Shown piece after piece: positions 25,290-37,786 of a DNA stretch of 64,000 nucleotides (positions are counted from its first letter, which is position 1; each line of letters opens with the position of its first letter). The stretch spans positions 19,344,001 through 19,408,000 of the forward strand of contig NC_043008.1 of assembly GCF_006345805.1 (NCBI RefSeq). Direction: 5' to 3'. This DNA comes from Octopus sinensis. Lineage: Eukaryota. Both the position numbers and the translations under genes were made by a program. The notes under the pieces are model-generated. The model did no database searches, was not told the DNA's origin, and saw only the letters and a program-made list of their open reading frames with translations.

Positions 25290-25830
25290 TCGGTTATAAT
25301 CAGCTCACGATTGTAAGGTCGAGAGTTCAATTCCTGGCAGCGTGTTGTGTCCTTGAGCAAGACACTTTATTTCACGTTGCTCCAATCCACTCAGCTGGCA
25401 AAAATGAGTTGTACCTGTATTTCAAAGGGCCATCCTTGTTACACTCTGTGTCATGCTGAATCTCCCTGAGAACTATGTTAGGGGTACGCGTGTCTATGGA
25501 TTGCTCAGTCACTTGTACTTTAATTTCATGAGCAGGCTGTTCTGTTGATGGCATCAGGGTGGCGAGCTGGTAGAATCGTTAGCACGCCGGGCGAAATGCT
25601 TAGCGGTATTTCGTCTGTCGCTACGTTCTTAGTTCAAATTCCGCCAAGGTCAACTTTGCCTTTTATCCTCTCAGGGTTGATTAAATAAGTACCAAATACG
25701 CACTGGGCTTGATGTAATCGACTTAATCCGTTTGTCCTAGTTTGTGCTCTCTGTGTTTAGCCCCTTGTGGGTAGTAAAGAAATAGGCATCAGCTGGGACC
25801 CTCGTCATCGTAACTGACGGAGTGCTCCTA
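25290..25830 (+). mobile_element. SINE family C with a nested family D SINE (25558-25784)
   Basis: 8-bp TSD ggcatcag at 25550-25557 and 25785-25792; the C sequence resumes after the insert. Confidence 0.88.
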
Positions 25831-26640
25831 TAATGTGTTTACTCATGGTCAGATTATTGTGAAGACTGGCTTTATGGCAGAAAAAATTTAGTTCTTTTTA
25901 ATTAATGTAGATAATCATTTACACTAAAAATAATGTTTGTGTATGTATGGTTGATAACTTATGACGTAATAATAAAAATAATAATAAAAAAAACAAATGA
26001 ACGAAAGCAGATACACAACAATAAGACAATGGAATGAGTTAGTAATAGGTTAAATGCAATTAGTGACAGGCATGGATGTACAAACGTCACGCACAAAAAA
26101 ATAGTTTTCACTGACTTTTTTTTTTGCATTGTTTTCGTTATGGAATCTACAGATTAGCTGAATTCAAAGCAGCCAGCTGTACATTAAAGCTTCGTAGGAA
26201 AAATCACCAAAAGCAAATTGCAAAAATTCAGCAAAACATGCATTGATTTTCAAACTGAAAGTTAAGGATTGTAAATAAAACGGCAGTGCATCAGCATGGT
26301 TGCAGCTCTGAGCTGAAACTAGAGAAAAAAAAATGATAGAGAAAAGGATTAGCTCTTTAGCATTTAAACTGGCAATATTCAACTAAAATATTCTATCTAT
26401 GCTGAAGCTGGCCAGATCTGACATCTCACATTTACCCTACAATGTCAGAGTACAAATAAACAATCATATCATTGAAATCTTGAAGCCATGAGATAATGCA
26501 TGATTAATTCAAAATATTGTGAATGAATATTATACTTGAGAGAGTAATCGGAATGGTAAATGGTTAAAGTGCTCTCCCTTAGATTAGAGACATAACCTGA
26601 TCTAACCGTTAGCATTCAGATTACTCCGTCAAATGAAATA

Positions 26641-27159
26641 CCATAAATCCTTGAGTATAATCCACATTTTTTTCCCAAAATTTAAACGTCAAAATCCCTA
26701 GTGCGTACTAAATACGAGGTTAAAAATGAAAAATATTTTCTAAGCAATGTCTGAATCTCTATTTGCTGTCCAGCAATGTTTATTCAGACGCATTTTGTGA
26801 TGTCGAACACGAAAATACCTTAAGCTAAGCCTGAAAGCAATGAAGTCATAAAAGAATCATCCATAACTTGCAGTAAGCAACATTTATTAAACGTTATTAC
26901 TGTTATTATTGTTATTTCTTTATTTTCTGCAAACAAAATGCACAAAAAAGCTACATGTTTGCATTGTTATATGTACAATGATAATAAAGGGCGTTAGGGT
27001 ATACATTTTTACAAACCAAGGACGTTATATAGAGCTCCTTGACTCAAGTTAGAGAAGGGGTGTGTATTATACACAAGGTTTAGGTTTTTCAGAGGTACAG
27101 CCCCCTAAAAATCCCCTGCGTATTATACTCAAAGGCGGACTATCCTCGAGGATTTACGG
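26641..27159. mobile_element. Non-autonomous pogo/Tc2-like DNA transposon, second copy
   Basis: ta|ccataaatccttgagtataa ... tcctcgaggatttacgg|ta; reverse-complement match to 12837-13348. Confidence 0.85.
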
Positions 27160-27750
27160 TATTTATTAAGTCACTTTGTTTTGAATTCATCACGTATCAT
27201 CTTGTAGCTTCGAGATTTCTATGATGGGATTACTTATTCTTAAAACGGCATTGTTAGATAGGTGTGAGAGTCTGGATCTAGTGAGTTTGAACATAATGGC
27301 TGGATGTGGCCATTTTAAATGCTAAACGGTTAAAACAATTACAAACAATTGTTTTGAATCAGGCAATATAAAGACTAAGAAATACATGTGCTGTTGGATG
27401 GATTTGTGTTGTTCTCAACTCAGAACATGCGTGCACTACACATATGAATGCATATATATTTGTGTACCATTTGTGATGGTTAATTTCTCAGACAAATTTG
27501 TTGAGAATGTGTCATTAAGTTACAGTTCTAACTTCAAATACTCCTTCTGTCCTAGAAAAGACAACAAGAAATCGTTTCAGTATATGCGTTGTGCAAATCC
27601 CTACCTGATCTTCAGTTGTGACCCTGTCACCCAATAGGGCTGTTAAAAAAATACTACTTACTACTAATTGGCTTAATTACCTTTCTTTAAGAGTTATTGT
27701 ATATATAGAACTGATTTATAATGTAGTAATGCTTGCTGTGTGCGTTTTTC

Positions 27751-27787
<37 letters not shown>

Positions 27788-28639
27788 TTGCAGTTTGGTA
27801 GTTTTGAAAACAACAGTGTTTCTCTGGTGATATGGATATGTATATATATGTTTTTGTGTCTGTATTATTCGATTAATATAGTTAGATTCAGTTCATTTTC
27901 TTAAATGGCCACAGTGTTTCAGCAAAGCATATATTCACGAAGTTTCTATCTGATGAGGCTTTAGAAATACATGCTTTGCTGAGAGAGAGAGAGAGTGACA
28001 CACACACACATCATGGCCATGTAAGAACATGAATAAATTTAATTATACTAAAATCTGTCTCTAACACTAAACTCTTTTGTTTTCCTTTTTTTTTTTTTTA
28101 CTTGTGAACTGTTATAATTTCCAGGCTGTCCCTCCCCCTCTTCCATCACTTCAACATATATGTGCCTACATACACATAAAGATGCATATTTGTATGTACT
28201 TACTTTTTTCTTGTGCTAATTAGGAATAGATTTTCAAATTTAAATCATCTCCTGTTTGCTTAACCCAAATATAATTTTGCTTATCATTAATAACTTATGA
28301 GACTTCAAGTGTTTTAGAAACATGTATCTGGTCTGTTGTCAGTTAACTGAGTCTCTCAAGTTTACTTGCTTTGAATTGTCTTTTGTTTTTGTTTTTGCTT
28401 ACTTTGTGTCTCAACAGTTTTATAATCTTAACACCAGCAATGTTAAAGCTTTTAAGAAATGTGTTGTTTCTCTCAATGGCAGAATAGAAATAAAATGGAT
28501 AAGTGGACAGACATGGTGATTGAGTATCATTTTGTAGAGTTTTTGTTGTTAATCGTTTGCTGATTCATCAGCAACTAAATAAGAAAAAAGAAGAGCAACC
28601 AACACAATGGAGCCAGAAGTGCAATAACTTAGATTACAA

Positions 28640-28800
28640 GAGTTTGGGGGTGGTGCAAGAGATGGAAAGAGATAGATGTGGAGGTGGTCAGAATTATATA
28701 AGGGCAAATGGAGTTCGTGGCAGACAAGAAAGTGGTCGATGGTTGTGTATGAATTTGGGTGTGTGGAGGGTTGAAATTGATAGGAAGCTCCTCAGCAGAG
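28640..28800 (-). mobile_element. Possible decayed LINE AP-endonuclease remnant
   Basis: TIDHFLV...NSDHL in one frame; motif spacing shorter than expected. Confidence 0.3.
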
Positions 28801-30706
28801 AAGGAGTGATGACTGGCAGCACAGAAAGGGCAGTCTGTGGAAAATACGGGAGTTAAGAATGAGGAATGGACATGAAACAGAATTGCTTCAGTGGCGAGGG
28901 AGAGATAATTGGTTGTTAACATATACACGTGTACATGCACACACACAAACACATGTATGCATACATCATCATCATAATCATCATTTAACGTCCGTTTTCC
29001 GTGCTGGCATGTTTTGGACAGTTCGACCGGGGTCTGGGAAGCCAGAAGGCTGCACCAGGCTCCAGTCTGATCTGGCAGTGTTTCCACAGCTGGATGCCCT
29101 TCCTAATGCCAACGTATGCATATATAATGCATGCACACACACACACATCATGTGTGAACAGCTGTCCCCTTCTTTGCGTCCAGAAAATCCTTAACTCTTT
29201 AGCACTTAAACTGGCCATATCTAACCCATATATTCTATTTGCTTCATGTTCAAATCAGCCAGGTCTGACCTCTCAAAGCTACAAAAAATGCATGATTGTG
29301 TGTGTGTATGTGTGCAATGCATGATGGATTCAAAGCAATGTCGATGAATAAGCATTGCACTTGACCAAGTAATCTGAACGTGAAAGGGTTGACATGTCAG
29401 ATTTTTGAGAATTCTTGAAATTTGTCCCTTCTTTTGGGATTTGTTTCAGTAAATCAATAATTTATTTCTATGTTATTTGATATTCCCTTATTCATCTGTC
29501 TCTGTCTATTGTATGTATATATATGTACGTATATGTAAGGATGTGTACATATACTTACATAAAATATTCCAGTTTATTAATCAAATGAAAGAGTACTCAA
29601 TGCATGATGTAGAGTATGTTGTTTATTTGAACAGAAAAATCTTTTTCTTTCCAAATCCAGGTTTGCATTTATGTGTTTTAATTACATTCTAAAATAATTG
29701 TGAATATAAATTGGTTTTGTGAAATGGCTCTAACTTTTTTTTTTCATTAATCAATATATTTATGTGGTGTTTTGAACACCACAAAGAGTAATTAAATAAA
29801 TCTATTTTGGAATTTTCTCTAAAAATCTATTCTGTTTACTGATAAGTACAAGTAAAAATCAGTCAAATATAAAATTATCTAAATTTTATTAAAATATTGT
29901 ATATAATTAGTTTATTTGCCAGTATTGTATCATAGCTTCTTATAGACACATGCATATAATTATAATGTATATTGAAAGTATAAAATAGTGCAATTTATAC
30001 ACAACTAAATTATGCTTCAGTTTATTTTGATTTTTACATTTGCTTTAAAAATATTGTAGAAAATGTTTTTGAAATGAAACTGGTTAAAATTCTCTATTAC
30101 TTTATCCTCTGTTTGGTAATATACAGTTGGTATGTTAGCACTGATAGGATAATCCTGGCAGAAACATTAGCATGCTGGGTGAAATGCTTTGCGGTATTTC
30201 GTCTTCCGCTACGTTCTGAGTTCAAATTCTGCCGAGGTCGACTTTGCCTTTCGTCCTTTCGGGGTCGATTAAATAAGCACCAGTTATGCACGGTGGTCGA
30301 TATAATCGACTTAATCCTTTTGTCTGTCAATTTAAATCTAACCATCCTTCCTTCTTTTGGTGGAAGTGTTTAATTGTAATGACCATGTGGGCAAAAGCAT
30401 TGAACTATCAAAAGTAGTTCAGATCTATTGATTTGTTATTGGTAGACTTCCTCAGTTCACGTACGTGTGTGTGTATGTGTGTGTGTGTAGGGTATTAGGA
30501 ATGCTTTGGGTATTTTATGAATGTGGCATGTAAAGATCTGCTGTTCCATCCTTGGGAAGTTGCAACTGTCATACTTCTTTCTGTACAGAACCAGGAGTTT
30601 ATGTAAGATTCTGCAGCTTGTGAAGAAGCATTGTCTCAGAAAAGTTTGTACTGTAAGAAGACAGTGTTTGAATTCCAGAACCCCCTACGCACCCGCTCTT
30701 ATATAA

Positions 30707-31098
30707 TCTATATATATAAAGCTGAAGTTGTCTGTGTGTGGCAGGTTTGGTAGCCTTCAACTAACCCTATCTCCTCCGAGACCCTGCGGCGCAAGTTGAC
30801 CAAAATTGAGAGTATGATAGAAGAAGGCTTGCTCTTCATTCCGTAGAAGATAAAATTCAAATCAGACCATGTTAAGACCAAAAATTATTTACATCAAAAT
30901 GGTGCTTTTTTTTTCTATGAAAATCCCTATTTTTTACGATTTTTTGACTGCTGTGTCACCATTTTTCGGTGTATTTCAACCAGAAAAATGTTCACTTAAA
31001 GAGAATAACAAGCTACATAATGCAAAATTTTTACTTATCAAAAATTCCAATTCTAAAGGGTTGAAACAAACCCGAGCAATGCTGGGCGATACTGCTAG
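30707..31098 (+). mobile_element. Non-autonomous Helitron-type element
   Basis: a|TCtatatatataaa start, subterminal hairpin cccgagcaatgctggg, CTAG|t end, no TSD. Confidence 0.8.
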
Positions 31099-31101
31099 TA
31101 A

Positions 31102-31317
31102 GGTGGCGAGCTGGCAGAATCGTTAGCACGCCGGGCGAAATGCTTAGCGGTATTTCGTCTGCCGCTACGTTCTGAGTTCAAATTCCGCCGAGGTCGACTT
31201 TGCCTTTCATCCTTTCGGGGTCGATTAAATAAGTACCAGTTACGCACTGGGGTCGATGTAATCGACTTAATCCGTTTGTCTGTCTGTGTTTAGCCCCTTG
31301 TGGATAATAAAGAAACA
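31102..31317 (+). mobile_element. SINE family D with 14-bp TSD, inserted at the Helitron 3' end
   Basis: TSD gatactgctagtaa at 31088-31101 and 31318-31331. Confidence 0.92.
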
Positions 31318-31363
31318 GATACTGCTAGTAATGGAAATAAAAGTTGAGTTACTGGACCACATA

Positions 31364-31399
<36 letters not shown>

Positions 31400-31667
31400 T
31401 AATGAATGAGTGAGTGGGTGGCCTATTATGAGTGCTGATTAAAGTACATCACTTTATCCCAGTTTATCTGAATGACATTATAATAGATTCCATGGTGAGT
31501 AGTTTGTAGTTGTAGATGGGGGAGGAAAAGGAACATCAGTTGTGAATACAAAAAGACAAACAAAAGCGAAACAAAAGTACAAAGAAATAAAAAAAAATAT
31601 CTTACTCTTCCAGGCATAGAGTATTGGATGTAGAATACTGTGTGTATGTCTGTGTATGCATATATAT

Positions 31668-31972
31668 ATATATCACCGTGACCGACCAGGCTATTAGATG
31701 TTGCTACACGTCGCTGGTCACAATGCACTTCGCATTGTTTTAGCCTTCAAATGACGCCACTACGCTGACTAAGCAAGCAGGCCAACAGAAGAAAGAGTGA
31801 GAGAAAGTTATGGTGAAAGATTAAAGCAGGGACCTCCCCCGCCGCCTTGCTGGTGCCTCGTGGAGCTTTAGGTGTTTTCGCTCAATAAACACTCACAACG
31901 CCCGGTCTGGGAATCGAAACCGCAATCCTACAACTGTGAGTCCGCTGCCCTAACCACTGGGCCATTGCGCCT

Positions 31973-31975
<3 letters not shown>
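31668..31975 (-). mobile_element. SINE with family B head and the alternative tail seen at 14500-14605
   Basis: B head at 31785-31975; tail ggtcacggtgata(ta)n. Confidence 0.75.
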
Positions 31976-32012
<37 letters not shown>

Positions 32013-32284
32013 ATAAAAAGCACTCATGCTGACACCACGTAAAAGTGCTTGTGCCTGTGCCATGTTAAAAGCACCCCCAGCACACTGCAAAATGGTTGGC
32101 ATTAGGAAGGGCATCCAGCCATAGAAACCAAGCCAAATGAGACTGGACCATATTGTAGTTCTCCTGCTTGCCAGCTCTGGTTAAACCGTCCAACTCATGC
32201 CAGCATGGAAAACGCTCATTAAATGATAATGATGATACAGTGTGTTGTATGTGCAAACACTTGCAATGTTTATGTGTGTGTGTG

Positions 32285-32610
32285 TGAAGGCGTGTGGCTT
32301 AGTGGTTAGGGCATTCGGCTGATGATTGTAAGGTCGTGAGTTCAATTCCTGGCCACGCGTTGTGTCCTTGAGCAAGACACTTTATTTCACGTTGCTCCAG
32401 TCCACTCAGCTGGCAAAAATGAGTAGTACCTGTATTTCAAAGGGCTGGCCTTGTCACATTCTGTGTCACGCTGAATCTCCCTGAGAACTACGTTAAGGGT
32501 ACACGTGTCTGTGGGTTGCTCAGTCACTTGCACGTTAATTCCACGAGGAAGCTGTTCCGTTGATCGTATCAGCTGGGACCTCGTCGTCGTAACCAACAGA
32601 GTGCTCCTAT
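32285..32610 (+). mobile_element. SINE family C, full length
   Basis: gaaggcgtgtggcttagtgg head, B-box gagttcaattcc, tail cctcgtcgtcgtaacc(g/a)ac(g/a)gagtgctcc. Confidence 0.9.
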
Positions 32611-32786
32611 ATATATGTGTGTGTGTGTGTGTGTATACATATTTATGCATGATGAATTTGAAGCACTAAACTCTGTTTTTAGTAATATTGCATCCAACAG
32701 CATGGAGTTTTCCTTTCTTTTTTTTTTATTTTATAAATTGATTCTGTTAATTCCTGTGTTACCAAATTTGTGTTTTGTTTCTTCAG

Positions 32787-32977
32787 AATCGGAAAGGAAT
32801 ACTCAATCATCAAACCAACATCAAACTTCCAACAATGAACTAAGCGTCCTAGAATCCTTCAAAGCAGTCTTGTCTATATCGACCGAACCTCTGGACTATG
32901 ATCCTCAGGATTACCCATATTTGATGAACAGCCCGCCTGGTTCACATCCTACCAGTGCCAGTGGCATATTCCTGTAA
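32787..32977 (+). CDS. Probable coding exon (phase 1 start), Ser/Pro/Tyr-rich, (E)SERNTQ...DYDPQDYPYLMNSPPGSHPTSASGIFL
   Basis: Acceptor tgttttgtttcttcag, open frame with coding-like composition, two candidate donors (CT|gtaaag after 32973; TAAA|gtaagt after 32978). Confidence 0.6.
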
Positions 32978-33623
32978 AGTAAGTTGTCTGCAGATTAAAT
33001 TTTTTTTATTTGTTATTAACCGTTCTAGTAATAACTTGCTCAAGATTTCCCCTGTGATAGAAATTTCCTGTTTTAAAATTATCGAAATTCCATCAAAATT
33101 TCCTGTTAAAATATGTTCCAACCACCAGCTTAACCCATTCGTTAGTATATTTCAAAGTAAAACACACCCCTTTTGAGTTTCAATTAAATACTAAAATAAT
33201 TACAAATGTAGACTGGTTTCATTAAACAACTGTAATTTTTTTATTTATGGACATATGTGATTTTTGGAATACAATTGAAGAAAAGGTTCTTAATCAGTTC
33301 TATTGCATAACTTTTGTCTCAAAGTGATTCTAACTACCAGTAAATACAAAATTTAAAATTAAAATAATAAGGGTGAAAAATTGAATATTAATTTGATTAA
33401 TATCAATTTAAAACCAGTGGTCTAGCATGTAGAAAAATCTGAAAATTCAGAAAAATTGTGTTACATACATATAAGAGGGGATGACCACTAAGTGGACATC
33501 CCATATGCTAGAAGTCGACCCCCTATGGTCTTACCACTAAGAAAGGAATGTTCTCAAGAAAATTTAGCAAACGCCAGAATGTAAGCGAGCAAGACAAATG
33601 ATAAAATACAAAATATACAGATT

Positions 33624-33685
33624 AATCCCGAACCAGTTTCGTTGTTACCACTTACGTAGAATGTCCACAACTCATCAGTGTGGTC
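33624..33685 (-). ncRNA. Type I hammerhead motif, family delta
   Basis: CTGATGA-GTTG(long loop)CAAC-GAA-ACTGGT-T; stem II intact, stem I partly mutated. Confidence 0.65.
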
Positions 33686-33851
33686 GTCATAGCAAAATAT
33701 AATTTGCAGAACTATACACGAGATGTCCGCATGAGATTGAACATGTATATAGTTCTACCAATTACATTTGGGGTTATATTTCCAAAAGTCTTCGTTTTGG
33801 CGGGCCAAAATACCGGAAATAATTCTGCTGCAATTTATATTTTGCTATGAC

Positions 33852-33912
33852 GATCACACTGATGAATTGCGGACATCTATGTAAGTGGTAACAACGAAAC
33901 TGGTTTGCGATT
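33852..33912 (+). ncRNA. Type I hammerhead motif, family delta (mirror)
   Basis: gatcaca-CTGATGA-attg...caac-GAA-ACTGGT-T-tgcgatt; stem I 6 of 7 pairs, base of stem II mutated. Confidence 0.65.
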
Positions 33913-34092
33913 AATCTGTATATTTTGTATCATGCTCGCTTACATTCTGGCGTTTGCTAAATTTTCTTGAGAACATTCCTTTCTTAGTGGTCATCCCTCT
34001 TTATGTATGTAATATCAGTAAATACGGGTAAACCACAAGCTATCTTTTTTCTCGGTTTTTTCACTTTCTGCATAATGGTTTGTTTCCTGTAG

Positions 34093-34255
34093 TGATCACT
34101 TCAAACAAGTTTACAAGCTTACATTTGCTAGATTTCTCCATACCTCAAATATCATCTCAAACAATGTCAGATACTGTAACTCGATTATTTTACAAGGTGA
34201 AATCATGTGTTTTCACAAATGTACTAATGAGATATGTGCTGAAACTCACATTTAA
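34093..34255 (+). CDS. Possible terminal coding exon (phase 2), DHFKQVYKLTFARF...CAETHI*
   Basis: Acceptor ggtttgtttcctgtag; frame compatible with the donor after 32973. Confidence 0.3.
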
Positions 34256-34414
34256 ATATCAGTGGATTCACTCAGCTGAGTTGGTCATTTGAGCCAAAGC
34301 ATTTTGGCTGGGTCAGTAACAAAAGGATGACATTTATTTTAATAAATTCTTCATAATTTTATAATTGAAGCAAAAGCAGTGTATTTCAATAAAAATATGG
34401 TAACAGAAGCATTC

Positions 34415-34820
34415 ACTCTCTCTTTTACTCTTTTACTTGTTTCAGTCATTTGACTGCGGCCATGCTGGAGCACCGCCTTTAGTCGAGCAAGTCAACCCCA
34501 GGACTTATTCTTTGTAAGCCTAGTACTTATTCTATCGGGCTCTTTTGCCATACTGCTAAGTTATGGGGACATAAACACACCAGCATTGGTTGCCAAGCGA
34601 TGTTGGGAGGAGAAACACAGACACACAAAAATATGCACACACACACATAGATATACGACGGGATTCTTTCAGTTTCCGTCTACCAAATCCACTCACAAGG
34701 CTTTGGTCGGCCAGAGGCTATAGTAGAAGACACTTGCCCAAGATGCCACACAGTGGGAACGAACCCGGAACCATGTAGTTGGTAAGCTAGCTACTTACCA
34801 CACAGCCACTCCTGCACCTA
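34415..34820 (-). mobile_element. SINE family A
   Basis: Full-length reverse-complement match. Confidence 0.9.
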
Positions 34821-35509
34821 TACTGGTGACTTTCAAATGGTATGCCTCAATAGATACAAGTCTGCTGCAAGGGGGTATCTCTATCTACTGTTCATTGTCA
34901 ATATGCATAGAATCAACTACCATTCATCATCATCATTTTTGCTGCCCGCTTTTCCATGCTAGCATGGACCAAGTGGAATTCATTGGGGAATATTTTTTAT
35001 AACTTGACTAGCACTATGACCCGGCAACACTGGGTCATACTGCTTGTGCATGCGCTCATACATGCGAGTACTGTCCAAATCTCTCACCAATCACATACAG
35101 CTAGCTGGCATTCAATTGGCGTATCAAGTTTCAGGCATTTTGGATAAAAAATTCACAAAAAAGTCACTTCTATTGATTTTTTAAGGGCTTTGCGGGGTGG
35201 TGACTGGGGAAATGTAAAGATGTGCACGACCACCCTTGGACGATTTTGAATGACCATAGAAAATGCAAGCCCTCTAACTGAAAAATTGTGGATTTGTATA
35301 AAGGATACACACACACACACACAGACATTTTGCCGTTTATATATATATAGAGATGATCTTTCTGTTGCCAGCCTTCATCTGTTACCAAGCAAAGTAATAT
35401 TTCTCTCCATGACCGGACGTATTTTCCACAGAAGTTTGGTAACTAAGGGCAACAGTTGTGTGCAACAGTGATGCTTGTTTACAACTATTCTGTGATGTCA
35501 AGGCATTCA

Positions 35510-35669
35510 ATGTTGTGTGTGGCTGTGGGGTAAGGAGTTTACTTCTCAACTACATGGTTCTGGGTTCAGTCCCACTGTGTAGCACCTTGGGCAGGTATCT
35601 TCTATTATTGCCTCAGGCTGATCAAAGCCTTGTGAGAGAAGTTGGTAGACTGAAACTGAAAGAAGCCTG

Positions 35670-35735
<66 letters not shown>

Positions 35736-35953
35736 GATAAATAGATAGATATATTTGTGTGTTTGTGTTTGTCTCTCCACCATCGCTTGACAACTCATCT
35801 TGCGATGTTTACGTCCCTGTTACTTAGCAGTTCAGCAAAAGAGACTGATAAAATAAGTACTAGGTTTCCCAAAAATAAGTCCTGGGATTGATTTGTTCGG
35901 CTAAAGGTGGTGCTCCAGCATGGCCACAGTCAAATGACTGAAACAAGTAAAAG

Positions 35954-35955
<2 letters not shown>
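35510..35955 (+). mobile_element. SINE family A with expanded internal (AT)n
   Basis: Head, core and tail present. Confidence 0.85.
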
Positions 35956-35984
<29 letters not shown>

Positions 35985-36075
35985 AACGGAAGGTTTATGA
36001 AAATAAACAAAAGATGAAGGCAGGTGGAGTACAAACAAATAATGTATGGCACTCAGGAATAGAAATAAAACAAGT

Positions 36076-36111
36076 CTTTTACGTTTCGAGCCTATGCTCT
36101 TCGACAGAAAG
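36076..36111 (-). ncRNA. Minimal hammerhead motif, family alpha, CUGUCGA core
   Basis: cttt-CTGTCGA-A-GAGC(ATAG)GCTC-GAA-ACGT-A-aaag. Confidence 0.6.
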
Positions 36112-36187
36112 ATACACAGAAAAGAAACAAGGAGAGAAAAAAATTGCATGTAGGGGCTAACGATCCAACATGGCGTTCCCATGTATA

Positions 36188-36228
<41 letters not shown>

Positions 36229-36925
36229 CAATAAATAAATTGTATACACCAGTAAATGCCTTTTCACTGGTTGTAAAATGTAAGTACTAATCAACTATGG
36301 CAGATGATTCAAATTGATTGCATCTGTGTGTCCTTGTACCAAAATCAGGGACTGTTTTTTTTTTTTGTGTCTGTTGTATATATTCCAGGCCTGATTTAAC
36401 CAACTGATTTCATTTCCACTTTTATTTTGTTCCAGTGTTCTGCAAAATGGTACCTTTTTTTCTGAATACAAAAGTGGGAAATATCCAGAGAAGTTAACAA
36501 AGGAAAGGAAAAAATGCAAAATGTGACTTGCAGAAAAAAAGCCCAAAAAACAAAACAAAGGACAAAAAAAGCCTGAATTTTTTTTTATTTTAAAAAACAG
36601 AAATTGAAAAAAAAAAAAATACAAAATTTTAAAGCAAAAAAATCATTTCTTTTCTCTTTCTAAAAACAAGTGATATCAAACAGTTACAACTGTTAATTTG
36701 ATATTGTTTATATTGTAATTTTTTTCTAAGTTGACATAATAAAAATGTAATATGAAAAAATAAAATAAAAATATAAAATATCATTTTCTCAGAACTAAGC
36801 AAAAAAAAAAATAGGGAACCATAATACTACATTATATAAAAAAAAGGGAAGGTTTTTGAAATTTTAGCTTTTCCTTATTTTTGCATTCTGTCTCATTCCA
36901 TTGAAAATTTCTATCATTAGAGTCA

Positions 36926-37345
36926 GTGTGCACGCATGACAGTGTAAGCGCCCTGAGAGAAATGTTGGACATAAGAATCATCAGATGTGGCGTGCAGGAG
37001 AGCCGTTTGCATTGGTATGGTCATGTACTATGGATGGATGAGGAGAGATGTGTGAAGAAGTGCCACTCCCAAACAGTTGAAGGAATCTGGGGTAGAGGTA
37101 GACCCAGGAAGACATGTGATGAGGTGGTCAAGCATGACCTTTGAACATTGGGCTTCACAGAGGCAATGACGAAAGACCGAGACCTCTGGAGATATGCTGT
37201 GACTGCGAAGACCCGACAAATGAAGTGAGTTCATGGCTTGCAGGACGGCTTGCTAGGGCAACGTGCTGTGCTTGAGGACACCTATTGAGTCAAGTACATC
37301 AACATCAAAATAAGAATCAAATGGAAATTGTAGTTGTGATACACA
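36926..37345 (+). mobile_element. 5'-truncated RTE-clade LINE, ORF C-terminus plus 3' UTR
   Basis: SRLHWYGHVLWMDEERCVKK...GRGRPRKT matches the RTE RLRWFGHV.RM...GRP motif. Confidence 0.85.
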
Positions 37346-37786
37346 TGTGTGTGTGTGTGAGTGCATGTCTAACCAGATTGTGAGATTGTCTATCCTTTCT
37401 GTTCTGTACCTCCGTTTTGATCTGCTGCCCTCTGCTCTTCTATGACAATTTTCCAAACCTCTGCATCTTTGAAAATGGCCATAGTACATGGGCTTGTTTT
37501 TTTCACAATGTTCAGGAATTGTCTTTCACTTACTTGTAAAACTCATTCATTTGTTTTGATGGTCCTTGTTAGAGAATTATAACATCCTCCTATAAACCCA
37601 TATTTTGAATGCTTTAAAAGTGATCAACTGGTGCTGTGGCTGATACCGATTTAGGGTTCAAGAAAGAACTTGAACTACAAAGAAGTGAAGTAGAAAGAGC
37701 TCTGGAAAGAGAAAACACCCCAGGGAAGCACCAGGTCTAGATGCAGTGCCGATTGAACTAATCAAGGGTGCAGGAAATAATAGTCC

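Larger units (their letters stand above)
33460..34012. repeat. Inverted repeat with arms of about 180-250 bp, each carrying a hammerhead (Penelope-type pLTR pair)
   Basis: 33460-33709 is the reverse complement of 33828-34012, with a roughly 40-bp indel and several substitutions. Confidence 0.88.

Noticed and set aside
30586-30654. Micro-exon candidates (aaccaggagtttat; cttgtgaag...gtact)
   Set aside because: Splice signals are plausible, but direct joining to the 32787 exon gives a frame mismatch or a TAA
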